DNA of 64,000 nucleotides from Lachnospiraceae bacterium (GTDB lineage Bacteria; Bacillota; Clostridia; Lachnospirales; Lachnospiraceae): NCBI GenBank assembly GCA_017437965.1, contig JAFRWN010000121.1, positions 10,836 to 74,835 of the forward strand, read 5' to 3'. Shown piece by piece: positions 55,564 to 64,000 of this stretch (position 1 is its first letter; each line of letters starts with the position of its first letter). The notes under the pieces were generated by a model. It saw only the letters and a program-made list of their open reading frames with translations, ran no database searches and was not told where the DNA came from. The position numbers and the translations under genes were made by a program.

Positions 55564-56517
55564 TTATAAATATCCTAGGAGCTCGTCGCGGACGCCGTCC
55601 ATTCTTGCATCTGAAATGCCGAAGTCCATTTCCTTGTAGCTCCATGCTGCCCTGGCAATGCCATGCTTTTCGAATACTGCATTGATGGTCTTGTACCAGC
55701 CGAGTGCATCCTCAGGTCTTGCCCTGTCGATCACACCGTACTCGCCGCAGTAAACGCCGCAGCCTTCCTTCTCTGCCTTCTCGATTGCCTGAAGGAAAAG
55801 CTTTTCAAAAAGCTCTTCTCCTATTCCGCTCTCTTCAAAGGTAATTCTCTTATCATTGAACAGCTCGGGTACCCAGGGTGCGCCCTGATGGGTAAACTCA
55901 AGCGGTGAATAGCAATGGAAATTATAAACAACCTTGTCATCATAAGGAGAAACAAGATCCTTTACGGACTCAGGACTGTTGTTCCAGTAGCTGCCGACAA
56001 GGATAAGCGTGTCTGGAGCGATTGCCCTGATTCTCTTTATGCACTCATTGCTGAGGCGGTTCCATGTATCGATGAATTTCTGATCCGTAACTTCGTTGAG
56101 AAGCTCGAATGCAACATGCTCGGGATCGTTTCCGAAACGCTTTGCAAACTCTTCCCAGAGCTTCATGAAACGCTCCTGATATTTTTCATTTTCAAAAAAG
56201 CCTGTCTCCTGCTCGCCGAAATCGAAGGAGAAGCCAGCTGTCTTATGAAGGTCAAGCACTGCATTGAGACCGTACTTACGTGCAAGTCCGAGTGCTCTTT
56301 CAACTCTTGCGAAACCATCTTCCTTGTAGCTTCCGTCTTCGTTTTCAAAAATATTATAGTCTACCGGGATACGTACATGGTCAAGCTTCCATGAAGCGAT
56401 TTTTGCGAAATCTTCTTCTTTGATGAAGTTGTCAAGCCTGTCCTGTGAATAATCACACTGTGAGAACCAGCCGCCAAGATTGATACCGCGATAGAAACCC
56501 AATTCTTCCATTTTCAT
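55564..56517 (-). CDS. glycoside hydrolase family 5 (cytoplasmic endoglucanase/mannanase-like)
   Basis: GINLGGWFSQ, AFELLNEV (catalytic NE), CGEYG. No signal peptide. Confidence 0.8.
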   Translation of the reverse strand: MKMEELGFYRGINLGGWFSQCDYSQDRLDNFIKEEDFAKIASWKLDHVRIPVDYNIFENEDGSYKEDGFARVERALGLARKYGLNAVLDLHKTAGFSFDFGEQETGFFENEKYQERFMKLWEEFAKRFGNDPEHVAFELLNEVTDQKFIDTWNRLSNECIKRIRAIAPDTLILVGSYWNNSPESVKDLVSPYDDKVVYNFHCYSPLEFTHQGAPWVPELFNDKRITFEESGIGEELFEKLFLQAIEKAEKEGCGVYCGEYGVIDRARPEDALGWYKTINAVFEKHGIARAAWSYKEMDFGISDARMDGVRDELLGYL

Positions 56518-56717
56518 AGTTGTAAACCCTGCCTTTCATTCGTTTTATATAGTTTTTGTTGCTTTTTTATTACCTGACTACAGTATAAAGCATTCCCATC
56601 ATAAAAACAACAAATTTTTACGCTTTATATCATTTTCTTGTTGTGTTTTAAAAAACTTTTGTATATAATGTTATTCGGAAGCAAAAACAACAGGGGACTG
56701 AATAATGGAGGGGTATT

Positions 56718-57455
56718 ATGGACATTAATCAGAAGCTTTCACATGTTGAATTTCTAAACCGAGAATATAATATTTCCCACATGGACTACAATAGGGAAAA
56801 TGAATTCTTCAATGCGGTAAGTGCCGGTAACATCGAGGAGACAAAGCGCCTTTTCAAGCCCTTCGGCGGCAGTGACATGGGCAAGCTTTCCGCCGATCCG
56901 ATGCGCAACCTCCAGTATCATCTGATAATAACCGTTGCGTTACTTACCCGCGCCTGCATTGAGGGCGGGCTTCCGATGGAAACGGCCTATAACTTAAGCG
57001 ACATCTACATCCAGAAAATAGATGCATGCAGAAAAAAAGAGGATATCACAGCTCTCCACCGCGAGATAATCGAGGACTTTGTGCACCGCATGAATTCTCT
57101 CACCCGGACAAACCGTTACCCCAAGGCGGTAACGCTCTGCCTTGACTATATCTATGACAATCTTCATACTCCGCTCAGTCTTGAAAAGCTTGCGGAACTC
57201 ACGGGACTGAGCGCTCCCTATCTGTCAAGGCTGTTCAAAAAGGAAGTCGGCATTCCGATTTCGGAGTATATAATAAGGAAAAGACTGGAAGCAGCCTCGA
57301 ATATGCTACGCTACACCGATGCCTCGGTGCTTGCCATTTCCGATTATCTCTGCTTCAATTCGGAAAGCTACTTCATACAGACTTTCAAAAAATACAACGG
57401 CTGCACACCGAAGGTCTACCGTGACCGCTATTTCAGGATAAAGAACGCAAAATAA
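56718..57455 (+). CDS. AraC-family transcriptional regulator
   Basis: C-terminal HTH LSLEKLAELTGLSAPYLSRLFKKEVG...FIQTFKKYNGCTPKVYR. Confidence 0.8.
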   Translation: MDINQKLSHVEFLNREYNISHMDYNRENEFFNAVSAGNIEETKRLFKPFGGSDMGKLSADPMRNLQYHLIITVALLTRACIEGGLPMETAYNLSDIYIQKIDACRKKEDITALHREIIEDFVHRMNSLTRTNRYPKAVTLCLDYIYDNLHTPLSLEKLAELTGLSAPYLSRLFKKEVGIPISEYIIRKRLEAASNMLRYTDASVLAISDYLCFNSESYFIQTFKKYNGCTPKVYRDRYFRIKNAK

Positions 57456-57487
57456 AAGTATCGTGCAGCAAAAAGGAGGGAAGAATT

Positions 57488-58171
57488 TTGACACAGGAAC
57501 TGAATTACCGGCATGAGGTAAAACATGAAATTACCTACTCGGATCTTCTGTGTATCAGACAACGTCTGCGGGCGGTTGCAAAGCCTGATCCGCATGCGCC
57601 CCGCGGAAAATATCTGATACGCAGTCTTTACTTTGACAATCCGGGCGACAAGGCGCTCCGCGAAAAAATAGACGGATTGAACAAAAGAGAAAAATTCCGC
57701 ATTCGCTATTATAATAATGACACATCCTTTATAAAGCTGGAAAAAAAGAGCCGTCTTAACGGACTGGGCACCAAATTTGATGCTCCGCTTACTGCCTCCG
57801 AGGCCCAGAAAATCGTTGACGGAGATATAGACTGGATGCTTGAAAGCGAACACGAGCTGATACGTGAGCTTTACTGTAAAATGAAGTACCAGCTGATACG
57901 TCCGAAAACAATAGTGGACTATACAAGGGAGCCCTTCATTTACGCTCCCGGAAACGTCCGCGTCACCTTCGACTACAACATACGCACCGGACTTAACTGT
58001 ACGGATTTTCTGAATCCGGACTGCATAACGGTTCCGGCGGGCGAAGCCCCGATACTTTTAGAAGTCAAATGGGACGGCTTCCTGCCGACAATAATAAAAG
58101 ATGCGATACGTGTAAACGGCCGGCGTGCACAGGCCTTTTCAAAATATGCACAATGCAGGGTTTATGGCTGA
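57488..58171 (+). CDS. VTC (polyphosphate-polymerase-like) domain protein
   Basis: YRHEVKHEITYSDL...YLIRSLYFDNPGDKALREKIDGLNKREKFRIRYYN. Confidence 0.7.
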   Translation: MTQELNYRHEVKHEITYSDLLCIRQRLRAVAKPDPHAPRGKYLIRSLYFDNPGDKALREKIDGLNKREKFRIRYYNNDTSFIKLEKKSRLNGLGTKFDAPLTASEAQKIVDGDIDWMLESEHELIRELYCKMKYQLIRPKTIVDYTREPFIYAPGNVRVTFDYNIRTGLNCTDFLNPDCITVPAGEAPILLEVKWDGFLPTIIKDAIRVNGRRAQAFSKYAQCRVYG

Positions 58172-58199
58172 TAAAAAATCAAAAAGGAGAAAATAAAAA

Positions 58200-58883
58200 A
58201 TGTATTTAACAACCTCATTCAGCGACATCTTCAAATCAAACTTTCTTGAGAACGTAACGGCAGTAACGCTTGTCGACATGGCAATCGCCATGGCACTTTC
58301 CTTCTGCCTCGGTCTTTTCATCTTCTTTGTGTACAAAAGAACCTATCAGGGCGTAATGTATTCTTCCACCTTCGGAGTTACACTGGTTGCCCTCTGCATG
58401 ATCACGACTCTCGTAATCCTTGCAGTAACCAGTAACGTAGTGCTTTCGCTCGGTATGGTCGGCGCACTTTCTATCGTACGTTTCAGAACGGCGATCAAGG
58501 AACCCCTTGACATTGCATATCTTTTCTGGTCCATTGCAGACGGTATCGTTCTTGCGGCAGGACTCATTCCCCTTGCAGTTTTCGGAAGCCTTGTGATCGG
58601 TATCATCCTTCTTATCTTCGTAAACCGCAAGTCCTATGTTGCACCCTACATCCTTGTGATCCAGTGCAGCAGTAAAGAAGCTGAGAACAAAGCTGCAGAG
58701 GCAGTAAAAGCCGCAACTACCAAGCATGTTGTAAAAAGCAAGAGCGTACAGAAGGGTCTTATCGAGATCAACTACGAGGTGCGCTTAAAGAATGACGATA
58801 CCGACTTTGTCAATTCCCTCTCCGAGATCGAGGGTGTAAGCAGTGCGGTACTTGTAAGCTACAACGGTGATTATTTAGGCTGA
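58200..58883 (+). CDS. DUF4956-like membrane protein
   Basis: SLGMVGALSIVRFRTAIKEPLDIAYLFWSIADGI core. Confidence 0.6.
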   Translation: MYLTTSFSDIFKSNFLENVTAVTLVDMAIAMALSFCLGLFIFFVYKRTYQGVMYSSTFGVTLVALCMITTLVILAVTSNVVLSLGMVGALSIVRFRTAIKEPLDIAYLFWSIADGIVLAAGLIPLAVFGSLVIGIILLIFVNRKSYVAPYILVIQCSSKEAENKAAEAVKAATTKHVVKSKSVQKGLIEINYEVRLKNDDTDFVNSLSEIEGVSSAVLVSYNGDYLG

Positions 58884-58905
58884 GCACAAAACAGAAAGGC
58901 AAACT

Positions 58906-60393
58906 ATGTCAAGTTCAAAGAAAATTGATATAATCTGCATCGCCATGGCTGTGCTGGCCCTTGTGATTACGCTGCTCTTCATGAATGGTGAAGCCCTCGG
59001 CTTAAAAACCGTCGTGGACGAGGATGCCGAAGAGAACTCCGATCTGGTCTATTTCACCAAGAACGACCTTAACGGAAACTGGAACACTTCAGTCGCAACA
59101 AAAATCGTTTTAAAAGACGACAAGGTAAAGATTGCGGGCTCGGGTGCGATAGTGAAGAACGGCAATGTCGTAATAAATTCCGGCGGGCACTATGTTGTAA
59201 ACGGCAGTCTTACTGACGGAAGCATCATAATCGATGCCAAAAGCGGCGCAAAGGTATGGCTCCTTTTTGACGGCGTAGAGATAAACCGTAACGATGACGC
59301 CTGCATAAAAGTAAGCAATGCCGACAAGGTATTCCTTACCCTTGCCGAAGACAGCCAAAACAGCCTTACAAGCGGCGCGGTCTATAACGAAGAAGCTCTT
59401 GCCGAAGGAGTTGACGGTGCCATCTATTCCCATGATGACTTCACGATAAACGGAAGCGGAAGCCTTAGTGTAAAAGCAGACTACAAGCACGGAATCGCTG
59501 TAAACGATGCGCTTGTGATAACAGGCGGAAGCATCACTGTTTCTGCGGTTTCAGGTGCAATTCATGCAAACGAAAACCTCAGGATATGCAATGCCACCCT
59601 GAACCTTTCTTCCCAGAACAAAGGCATCGTTGTAAAGGATCCCGAAAGCTACTTCTATCTTGAATCCGGAAAAATAAATATTACTGTAAGCAAGGATGCG
59701 ATAAATACCGAGGGTGACGTAAACATCATCGGAGGCGAAGTAAGTATATCGGCTGGCGATGACGGAATCCACTCCGAAAAATCAATAAACATTTCCGGCG
59801 GAAAGCTTTCACTTCTCTCCTGCTACGAAGGACTTGAAGCACCGGACGTTACGATTTCCGGCGGAGATGTTGTGATCTATCCAACGAAAAACGGAGTGAG
59901 TGCAAAAAACAAAGTGGCAGAAATCACAACAGAAACCACAACCAAGTCCCAGGCTCTCCCGGAATTTAAAATGAGTGGTGGCAGCCTCACGATAACAAAC
60001 ACAGAGGACAAAACCGACGGCATCGATTCCGATGGAAATGTCGTGATCGACGGTGGAAAAATCCGCATATGCCTTAATGGCAACGGAAACAACAACGCAG
60101 TCGAATTCGGAACCGAAAACGGCGGAAGCTTTCTTATAAACGGCGGTGACGTCCTTATGACCGCAGGTGCAGTAAAGCAGGAAAAGCCCTCAGCTGCCTC
60201 AGCTCAGAAATACCTGTTCAAGAAACTGCGCATAGTTCCTGCAGGAACAAACATAAGCCTTACGGACGCAGGCGGAAAAACCATTTCCGAAGCTACTCCG
60301 GAGGCCGCATTCTGCAACATAATAATAAGCCACCCCGACCTAAACAGTCAGGATGGCTGTAAACTCTATATCGATGGAGAATTGATCGAATAA
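58906..60393 (+). CDS. membrane-anchored beta-helix / carbohydrate-binding-like repeat protein
   Basis: N-terminal TM, then repeated I-x-G-G-x-(V/I)-x-I...DGI units (ITGGSITVSA, IIGGEVSISAGDDGIHS, ISGGKLSLLS, ISGGDVVIY, IDGGKIRI). Confidence 0.5.
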   Translation: MSSSKKIDIICIAMAVLALVITLLFMNGEALGLKTVVDEDAEENSDLVYFTKNDLNGNWNTSVATKIVLKDDKVKIAGSGAIVKNGNVVINSGGHYVVNGSLTDGSIIIDAKSGAKVWLLFDGVEINRNDDACIKVSNADKVFLTLAEDSQNSLTSGAVYNEEALAEGVDGAIYSHDDFTINGSGSLSVKADYKHGIAVNDALVITGGSITVSAVSGAIHANENLRICNATLNLSSQNKGIVVKDPESYFYLESGKINITVSKDAINTEGDVNIIGGEVSISAGDDGIHSEKSINISGGKLSLLSCYEGLEAPDVTISGGDVVIYPTKNGVSAKNKVAEITTETTTKSQALPEFKMSGGSLTITNTEDKTDGIDSDGNVVIDGGKIRICLNGNGNNNAVEFGTENGGSFLINGGDVLMTAGAVKQEKPSAASAQKYLFKKLRIVPAGTNISLTDAGGKTISEATPEAAFCNIIISHPDLNSQDGCKLYIDGELIE

Positions 60394-60870
60394 TTATTTT
60401 TTGATTATATCCACAACTTCACCGATGTACATGATATGCATATCGTCGTCAGCGTAAAAGCCGGCGGCGATTTCTTTTGGCATTCTTGACTTTCTGAGTT
60501 CCTGAACAAAAAGCTTGCGGCAGACAAGTGTCAGCTCTGCCTCCTTGAAACTCATGCTCTCGCCCGCCACCTCGGGAGTCAGACCGCTTGCAAACATTTT
60601 GTCCATGCTCCTGCCGGATTTCGCTCCGAGAACGCCCAGCGTCTTTTTATACTTTTCGGGATAGAAGCTTACCGTAAAGTACTCTTCTTTGTCCATAAAT
60701 TCCTTGGTGTAGCGGGATTTTCTCACATAAACGGTCGCAACAGGCTTGTTCCATATTGTTCCGAGACCTCCCCAGCTGATCGTCATCGTGTTGAACTTTT
60801 CCTTTTTTCCCGCCGTAAGCAGCGCCCACTTCTTGTCAAACTGGCTGAAGATATCACATGATAATTTCAT
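60394..60870 (-). CDS. flavin-reductase-like domain protein
   Basis: MKLSCDIF...KFNTMTISWGGLGTIWNKPVATVYVRKSRYT. Confidence 0.55.
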   Translation of the reverse strand: MKLSCDIFSQFDKKWALLTAGKKEKFNTMTISWGGLGTIWNKPVATVYVRKSRYTKEFMDKEEYFTVSFYPEKYKKTLGVLGAKSGRSMDKMFASGLTPEVAGESMSFKEAELTLVCRKLFVQELRKSRMPKEIAAGFYADDDMHIMYIGEVVDIIKK

Positions 60871-60887
60871 TTTCACCCCTTCTCCGG

Positions 60888-61697
60888 TCATTCCTTGAAC
60901 TGTCCCGGTGTTAGATTTTCATATTGCCTGAATATTCTGCAGAAATAACTTACATTCGGAATGCCGACAAGCTCTGCAGTTTCCTTGACGGACTTGGTTT
61001 TAAGAAAATACTTTGCCTTCTGTATCCTTTTCTTTGCGATATATACAAAAGGCCTCATTCCGAGATTATTCTTGAACAGCCAGCAAAGATACTCCGGAGT
61101 GATTCCTGCCACCTTTGCAAGACTTGCAAGCGTAAGATCCTCCATGTAATTGTTTTCGATGTAGACAAGCACTTCCTCAAGCTTTTCCTCTGCATGGCTC
61201 GCCTTGCTCTTACGCTGCATGAAGGCCGCCTGCTCGGTAAAGAACTGATAAAGCTCGGAACCCGCAAACATCCTGCTTTCAAAGGTGTTTTTCAGCATCA
61301 GATCATAGATTTTTACAAAATGATCCTCAGACCTGTTTACCGAAGGATTATGCACAACCGTCGCATCCGAAAAGCCCAGTCCCTCGACTACCTTTTCAAA
61401 ATATTCACCGCCGAACGCTATCCACTGCACGCTCCATTTATCACTGACAGCATGATAGGAATGCGGGAGGTACTGAGGGATATATACAAATGTGTTTTTA
61501 GGTACCGGAATTTTTTTGCCTTTGCTTTCAAAAACACCCTCTCCGCTCACGCAGTAAAGAACCTGCGGAAGCGCAAAGCCCTCCGGGCGATAAACATCCT
61601 CCTGCTCCGCATGCCAGCCCAGGCTGTGGATACATAGCGGCAGATGCCATTCTCTTCCAACGATTGCATAATGTGACTGTCTGATATCGGCATCCAT
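60888..61697 (-). CDS. AraC-family transcriptional regulator (cupin + HTH)
   Basis: LTLASLAKVAGITPEYLCWLFKNNLG...SYFCRIFRQYENLTPGQF. Start set at MDADIRQ (GGAGGG RBS). Confidence 0.8.
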   Translation of the reverse strand: MDADIRQSHYAIVGREWHLPLCIHSLGWHAEQEDVYRPEGFALPQVLYCVSGEGVFESKGKKIPVPKNTFVYIPQYLPHSYHAVSDKWSVQWIAFGGEYFEKVVEGLGFSDATVVHNPSVNRSEDHFVKIYDLMLKNTFESRMFAGSELYQFFTEQAAFMQRKSKASHAEEKLEEVLVYIENNYMEDLTLASLAKVAGITPEYLCWLFKNNLGMRPFVYIAKKRIQKAKYFLKTKSVKETAELVGIPNVSYFCRIFRQYENLTPGQFKE

Positions 61698-61934
61698 ATT
61701 GCCCTCCGTATCAATCCAATTGAAAAGTAAACCCAAAAGATAAAATAATACATCTGAGTACAATATAACACATTTTTCACAAATTGACAACAGTTTTATT
61801 TCAATATTGTGCTATTTTTTAAAAACTTTCTATTGACTTAATTCTCGTAAGCCACTAAAATAAAACCAACATAGGCACATAACACATTAATTTATAAGCC
61901 TGTAACTTTTTATAATGACAAGGGGTTATACAAA

Positions 61935-63626
61935 ATGAGAAAAAGTTTAAAATTTTTATGTTTTACCCTTTCGGCAAGCCTTTTGCTTGCTTCATGCGGC
62001 AAAACGGGAAGCAGTTCGTCAAATGAAAGCAGTCCTTCTTCAGTAGCGTCGGAATCCTCTTCCGCAAAAGACTCTTCATCTGCGGATGTTCCCGACAGTT
62101 CTTCTTCTGAAAGCTCTGCCAACGAGACCGTTCCCAGAGTAAAGGCAGATCCTTCCCAGATTGTATATGCCGATAATTACTCTTTTGAAAAGCTTAAAGC
62201 AGAAGGAATCGAAAAGGCCGATTTTTCAGAAATTTATGAAGCAGAAACCGCAGCGACGGACGGAGTTGTTCTTTCCACCTCCAAAGCCGGATTTTCAGGC
62301 GAAGGATATGTTGACATTTCAAACAATCCAAATTTCGAATTAAAGATCACGGTTCCGACAAGCCAGTTCTATAAAATCACTGTAAAACACTGCGCAGACA
62401 GCCACAAGGAAAACCCTCTGACCATTAACGGACAAACGGTAATGAACATTTATTCCGAAAAAGGTGACTGGACCGAAACCGTCGTTGACGGCATATATAT
62501 CGCAAAAGGCGAAAACACCGTCTCACTCGGAAGCGGCTGGAGTTACTTCTCGCTCGACTCCATCAAAATAGAAAACGGTGATGCGATGAATGACGATATC
62601 TATACAAGGCAGGCCGATACCCTTGTAAATCCCTATGCCAGCCTTAATGCGCAGAACCTTTACCAGTATTTAAAGGCTGTCTATGGTAAGCGCGTGATCG
62701 CAGGCCAGTGCAGCAATCACGGGACCATGAACGAGCCAAACGCACTTTACAACGGACTCGGTAAATATCCGGCTCTGTGCACCTATGATTTCATCTTTGA
62801 TTCCTGGAGCTCATGCAAAGGAATGCCTCAGGGCAAGGATGTTGTACTTGCAAAGCAGTGGGCCAAGGACGGAGGAATCGTTGCCTTTGACTGGCACTGG
62901 TATGCTCCCAGCGGAAAATCTGCTTTCTATGCCAAGGATACCGATTTCAGAATCGAAAACGCGATGACCGACTTTGACATTTCGATGCTCGATTTCCCCG
63001 AAGTCCAAAAGCTCTACCGCGAAGACAAAATAAAAATTGAAACAGTTATGATCATAGCCGATATTGACAATATTTCAAAGCTCATGCAGCAGCTTGAAGA
63101 TGAGGATATTCCTGTCCTCTGGAGACCGCTTCATGAAGCAAGCGGCGGCTGGTTCTGGTGGGGCGCATCAGGTCCCGAAAACTACAAATGGCTTTGGAAG
63201 CTTCTTTATGAAAGAATGACCAACTACCACGGTCTTGACAACCTGATCTGGGTCTGGAATGCGCAGAACAAAGACTGGTATGTGGGCGACGAATATTGCG
63301 ATATAATCGCAACAGACATTTACAATCCCGAGCATGACTACTCTTCTTCCGCAGATCTCTTTGCCGAAATGGGAACATGGTCACCGAACGGAAAGCTTAT
63401 CACTCTTTCAGAGTGCGGCGTAATGCCGGATTCGGACAATATAATCCGGGACAATGCATACTGGCTCTGGTTTGCGGTATGGAACGGCGAGTATCTTCTA
63501 AAGAGCGGCTCAATCACCGAGCTTGGCGACAAGTATACCGAAGTCAGCGAAATGCAGAAAATCTACGACAGCGAGCTTGTCATCACAAGGGACGAGCTGC
63601 CGGAGGGGCTGAAGCTATGTAAATAA
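61935..63626 (+). CDS. GH26 beta-mannanase lipoprotein with an N-terminal carbohydrate-binding module
   Basis: Lipobox LLASCG plus a Ser-rich linker. CBM-like YEAETAA...GFSGEGYVD. GH26 signature WRPLHEASGGWFWWG. Confidence 0.85.
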   Translation: MRKSLKFLCFTLSASLLLASCGKTGSSSSNESSPSSVASESSSAKDSSSADVPDSSSSESSANETVPRVKADPSQIVYADNYSFEKLKAEGIEKADFSEIYEAETAATDGVVLSTSKAGFSGEGYVDISNNPNFELKITVPTSQFYKITVKHCADSHKENPLTINGQTVMNIYSEKGDWTETVVDGIYIAKGENTVSLGSGWSYFSLDSIKIENGDAMNDDIYTRQADTLVNPYASLNAQNLYQYLKAVYGKRVIAGQCSNHGTMNEPNALYNGLGKYPALCTYDFIFDSWSSCKGMPQGKDVVLAKQWAKDGGIVAFDWHWYAPSGKSAFYAKDTDFRIENAMTDFDISMLDFPEVQKLYREDKIKIETVMIIADIDNISKLMQQLEDEDIPVLWRPLHEASGGWFWWGASGPENYKWLWKLLYERMTNYHGLDNLIWVWNAQNKDWYVGDEYCDIIATDIYNPEHDYSSSADLFAEMGTWSPNGKLITLSECGVMPDSDNIIRDNAYWLWFAVWNGEYLLKSGSITELGDKYTEVSEMQKIYDSELVITRDELPEGLKLCK

Positions 63627-63644
63627 CGCTAAATAATAGCACTA

Positions 63645-63682
63645 AGGGACGGGGCTTAGTAATCAAGCTCCGTCCCTTTATC
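63645..63682. terminator. terminator hairpin between convergent genes
   Basis: AAGGGACGGGGC-loop-GCTCCGTCCCTT followed by TAT. Confidence 0.55.
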
Positions 63683-63723
63683 TATCATTCGCGGATTTTA
63701 TCGCCAAATATGCTAAAATTTTT

Positions 63724-64000
63724 TTATGATCCCGTTCCGCTATACCTGGTCGCACCGTACATCCAGATGCGGTAGCTGACATAGAAGAAAGCCACGCCGA
63801 TAAGCGGAGAAATCCAGCTGAGCACAGGCACCGCATCGGGACGCAGCACCACAAGGCTCGGATAGTATGCGATAAATGCTATCGGCATTATAAAGGTAAA
63901 GATGAACCTGAATACCGGGCTGAAGATCGTTATCGGATACTTTGCATAATCCTTGAAACGGAAGGCAAGATCCAGTACATAGAACGAGTTCTGAATCCAG
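63724..64000 (-). CDS. ABC-2-family permease, C-terminal part (gene starts beyond the window)
   Basis: My own translation: ...WIQNSFYVLDLAFRFKDYAKYPITIFSPVFRFIFTFIMPIAFIAYYPSLVVLRPD...YRIWMYGATRYSGTGS*. Confidence 0.55.
   Translation of the reverse strand, partial: WIQNSFYVLDLAFRFKDYAKYPITIFSPVFRFIFTFIMPIAFIAYYPSLVVLRPDAVPVLSWISPLIGVAFFYVSYRIWMYGATRYSGTGS

Overview
This 64-kb chromosomal segment looks like a Clostridia-type Firmicute. Supporting signals are a CIRCE/HrcA operator at groESL, a Trp T-box, Cheo-box-type LexA sites, an FMN riboswitch, an agr-type quorum-sensing locus, and serine-rich lipoprotein glycosidases (GH3, GH5, GH26). From 1 to 35.8 kb almost everything is on the minus strand. 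Housekeeping backbone: trpE (partial), groES/groEL, ung, hisF/hisH, an OmpR-type two-component system, cyclophilin, galM, aspS, hisS, HD-GYP, hemZ-like, MBL hydrolase, relA, apt, hisB, ribU, an SOS-type Y-family polymerase with YolD, and glycoside hydrolases with AraC regulators. No rRNA, tRNA or CRISPR array was seen. By eye, three stretches look AT-richer and accessory. (1) About 19.5-28.66 kb lies between hisS and aspS. It carries an agr-like RR-HK-AgrB-AgrD locus whose AgrD has no cysteine, a 5'-truncated IS630 transposase, a stop-interrupted small secreted protein, a lipoprotein and a LanFEG-like ABC module bracketed by a 31-nt repeat. (2) 36.7-41.8 kb holds a 1208-aa orphan repeat protein followed by an ECF sigma/anti-sigma pair. 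It is preceded by a motif that recurs at 19.55 kb. (3) 43.7-49.3 kb repeats the architecture of island 1: small secreted protein, lipoproteins, then an ABC ATPase with two atypical membrane proteins. A five-gene operon at 0.7-8.0 kb is a further candidate for undescribed biology. It encodes a MATE exporter fused to a SpoIIAB-like kinase domain, an HD-STAS-APH-like kinase fusion, a divergent adenosylhomocysteinase-like protein and two WYL regulators. All domain calls come from reading the translations by eye. No database search was run.
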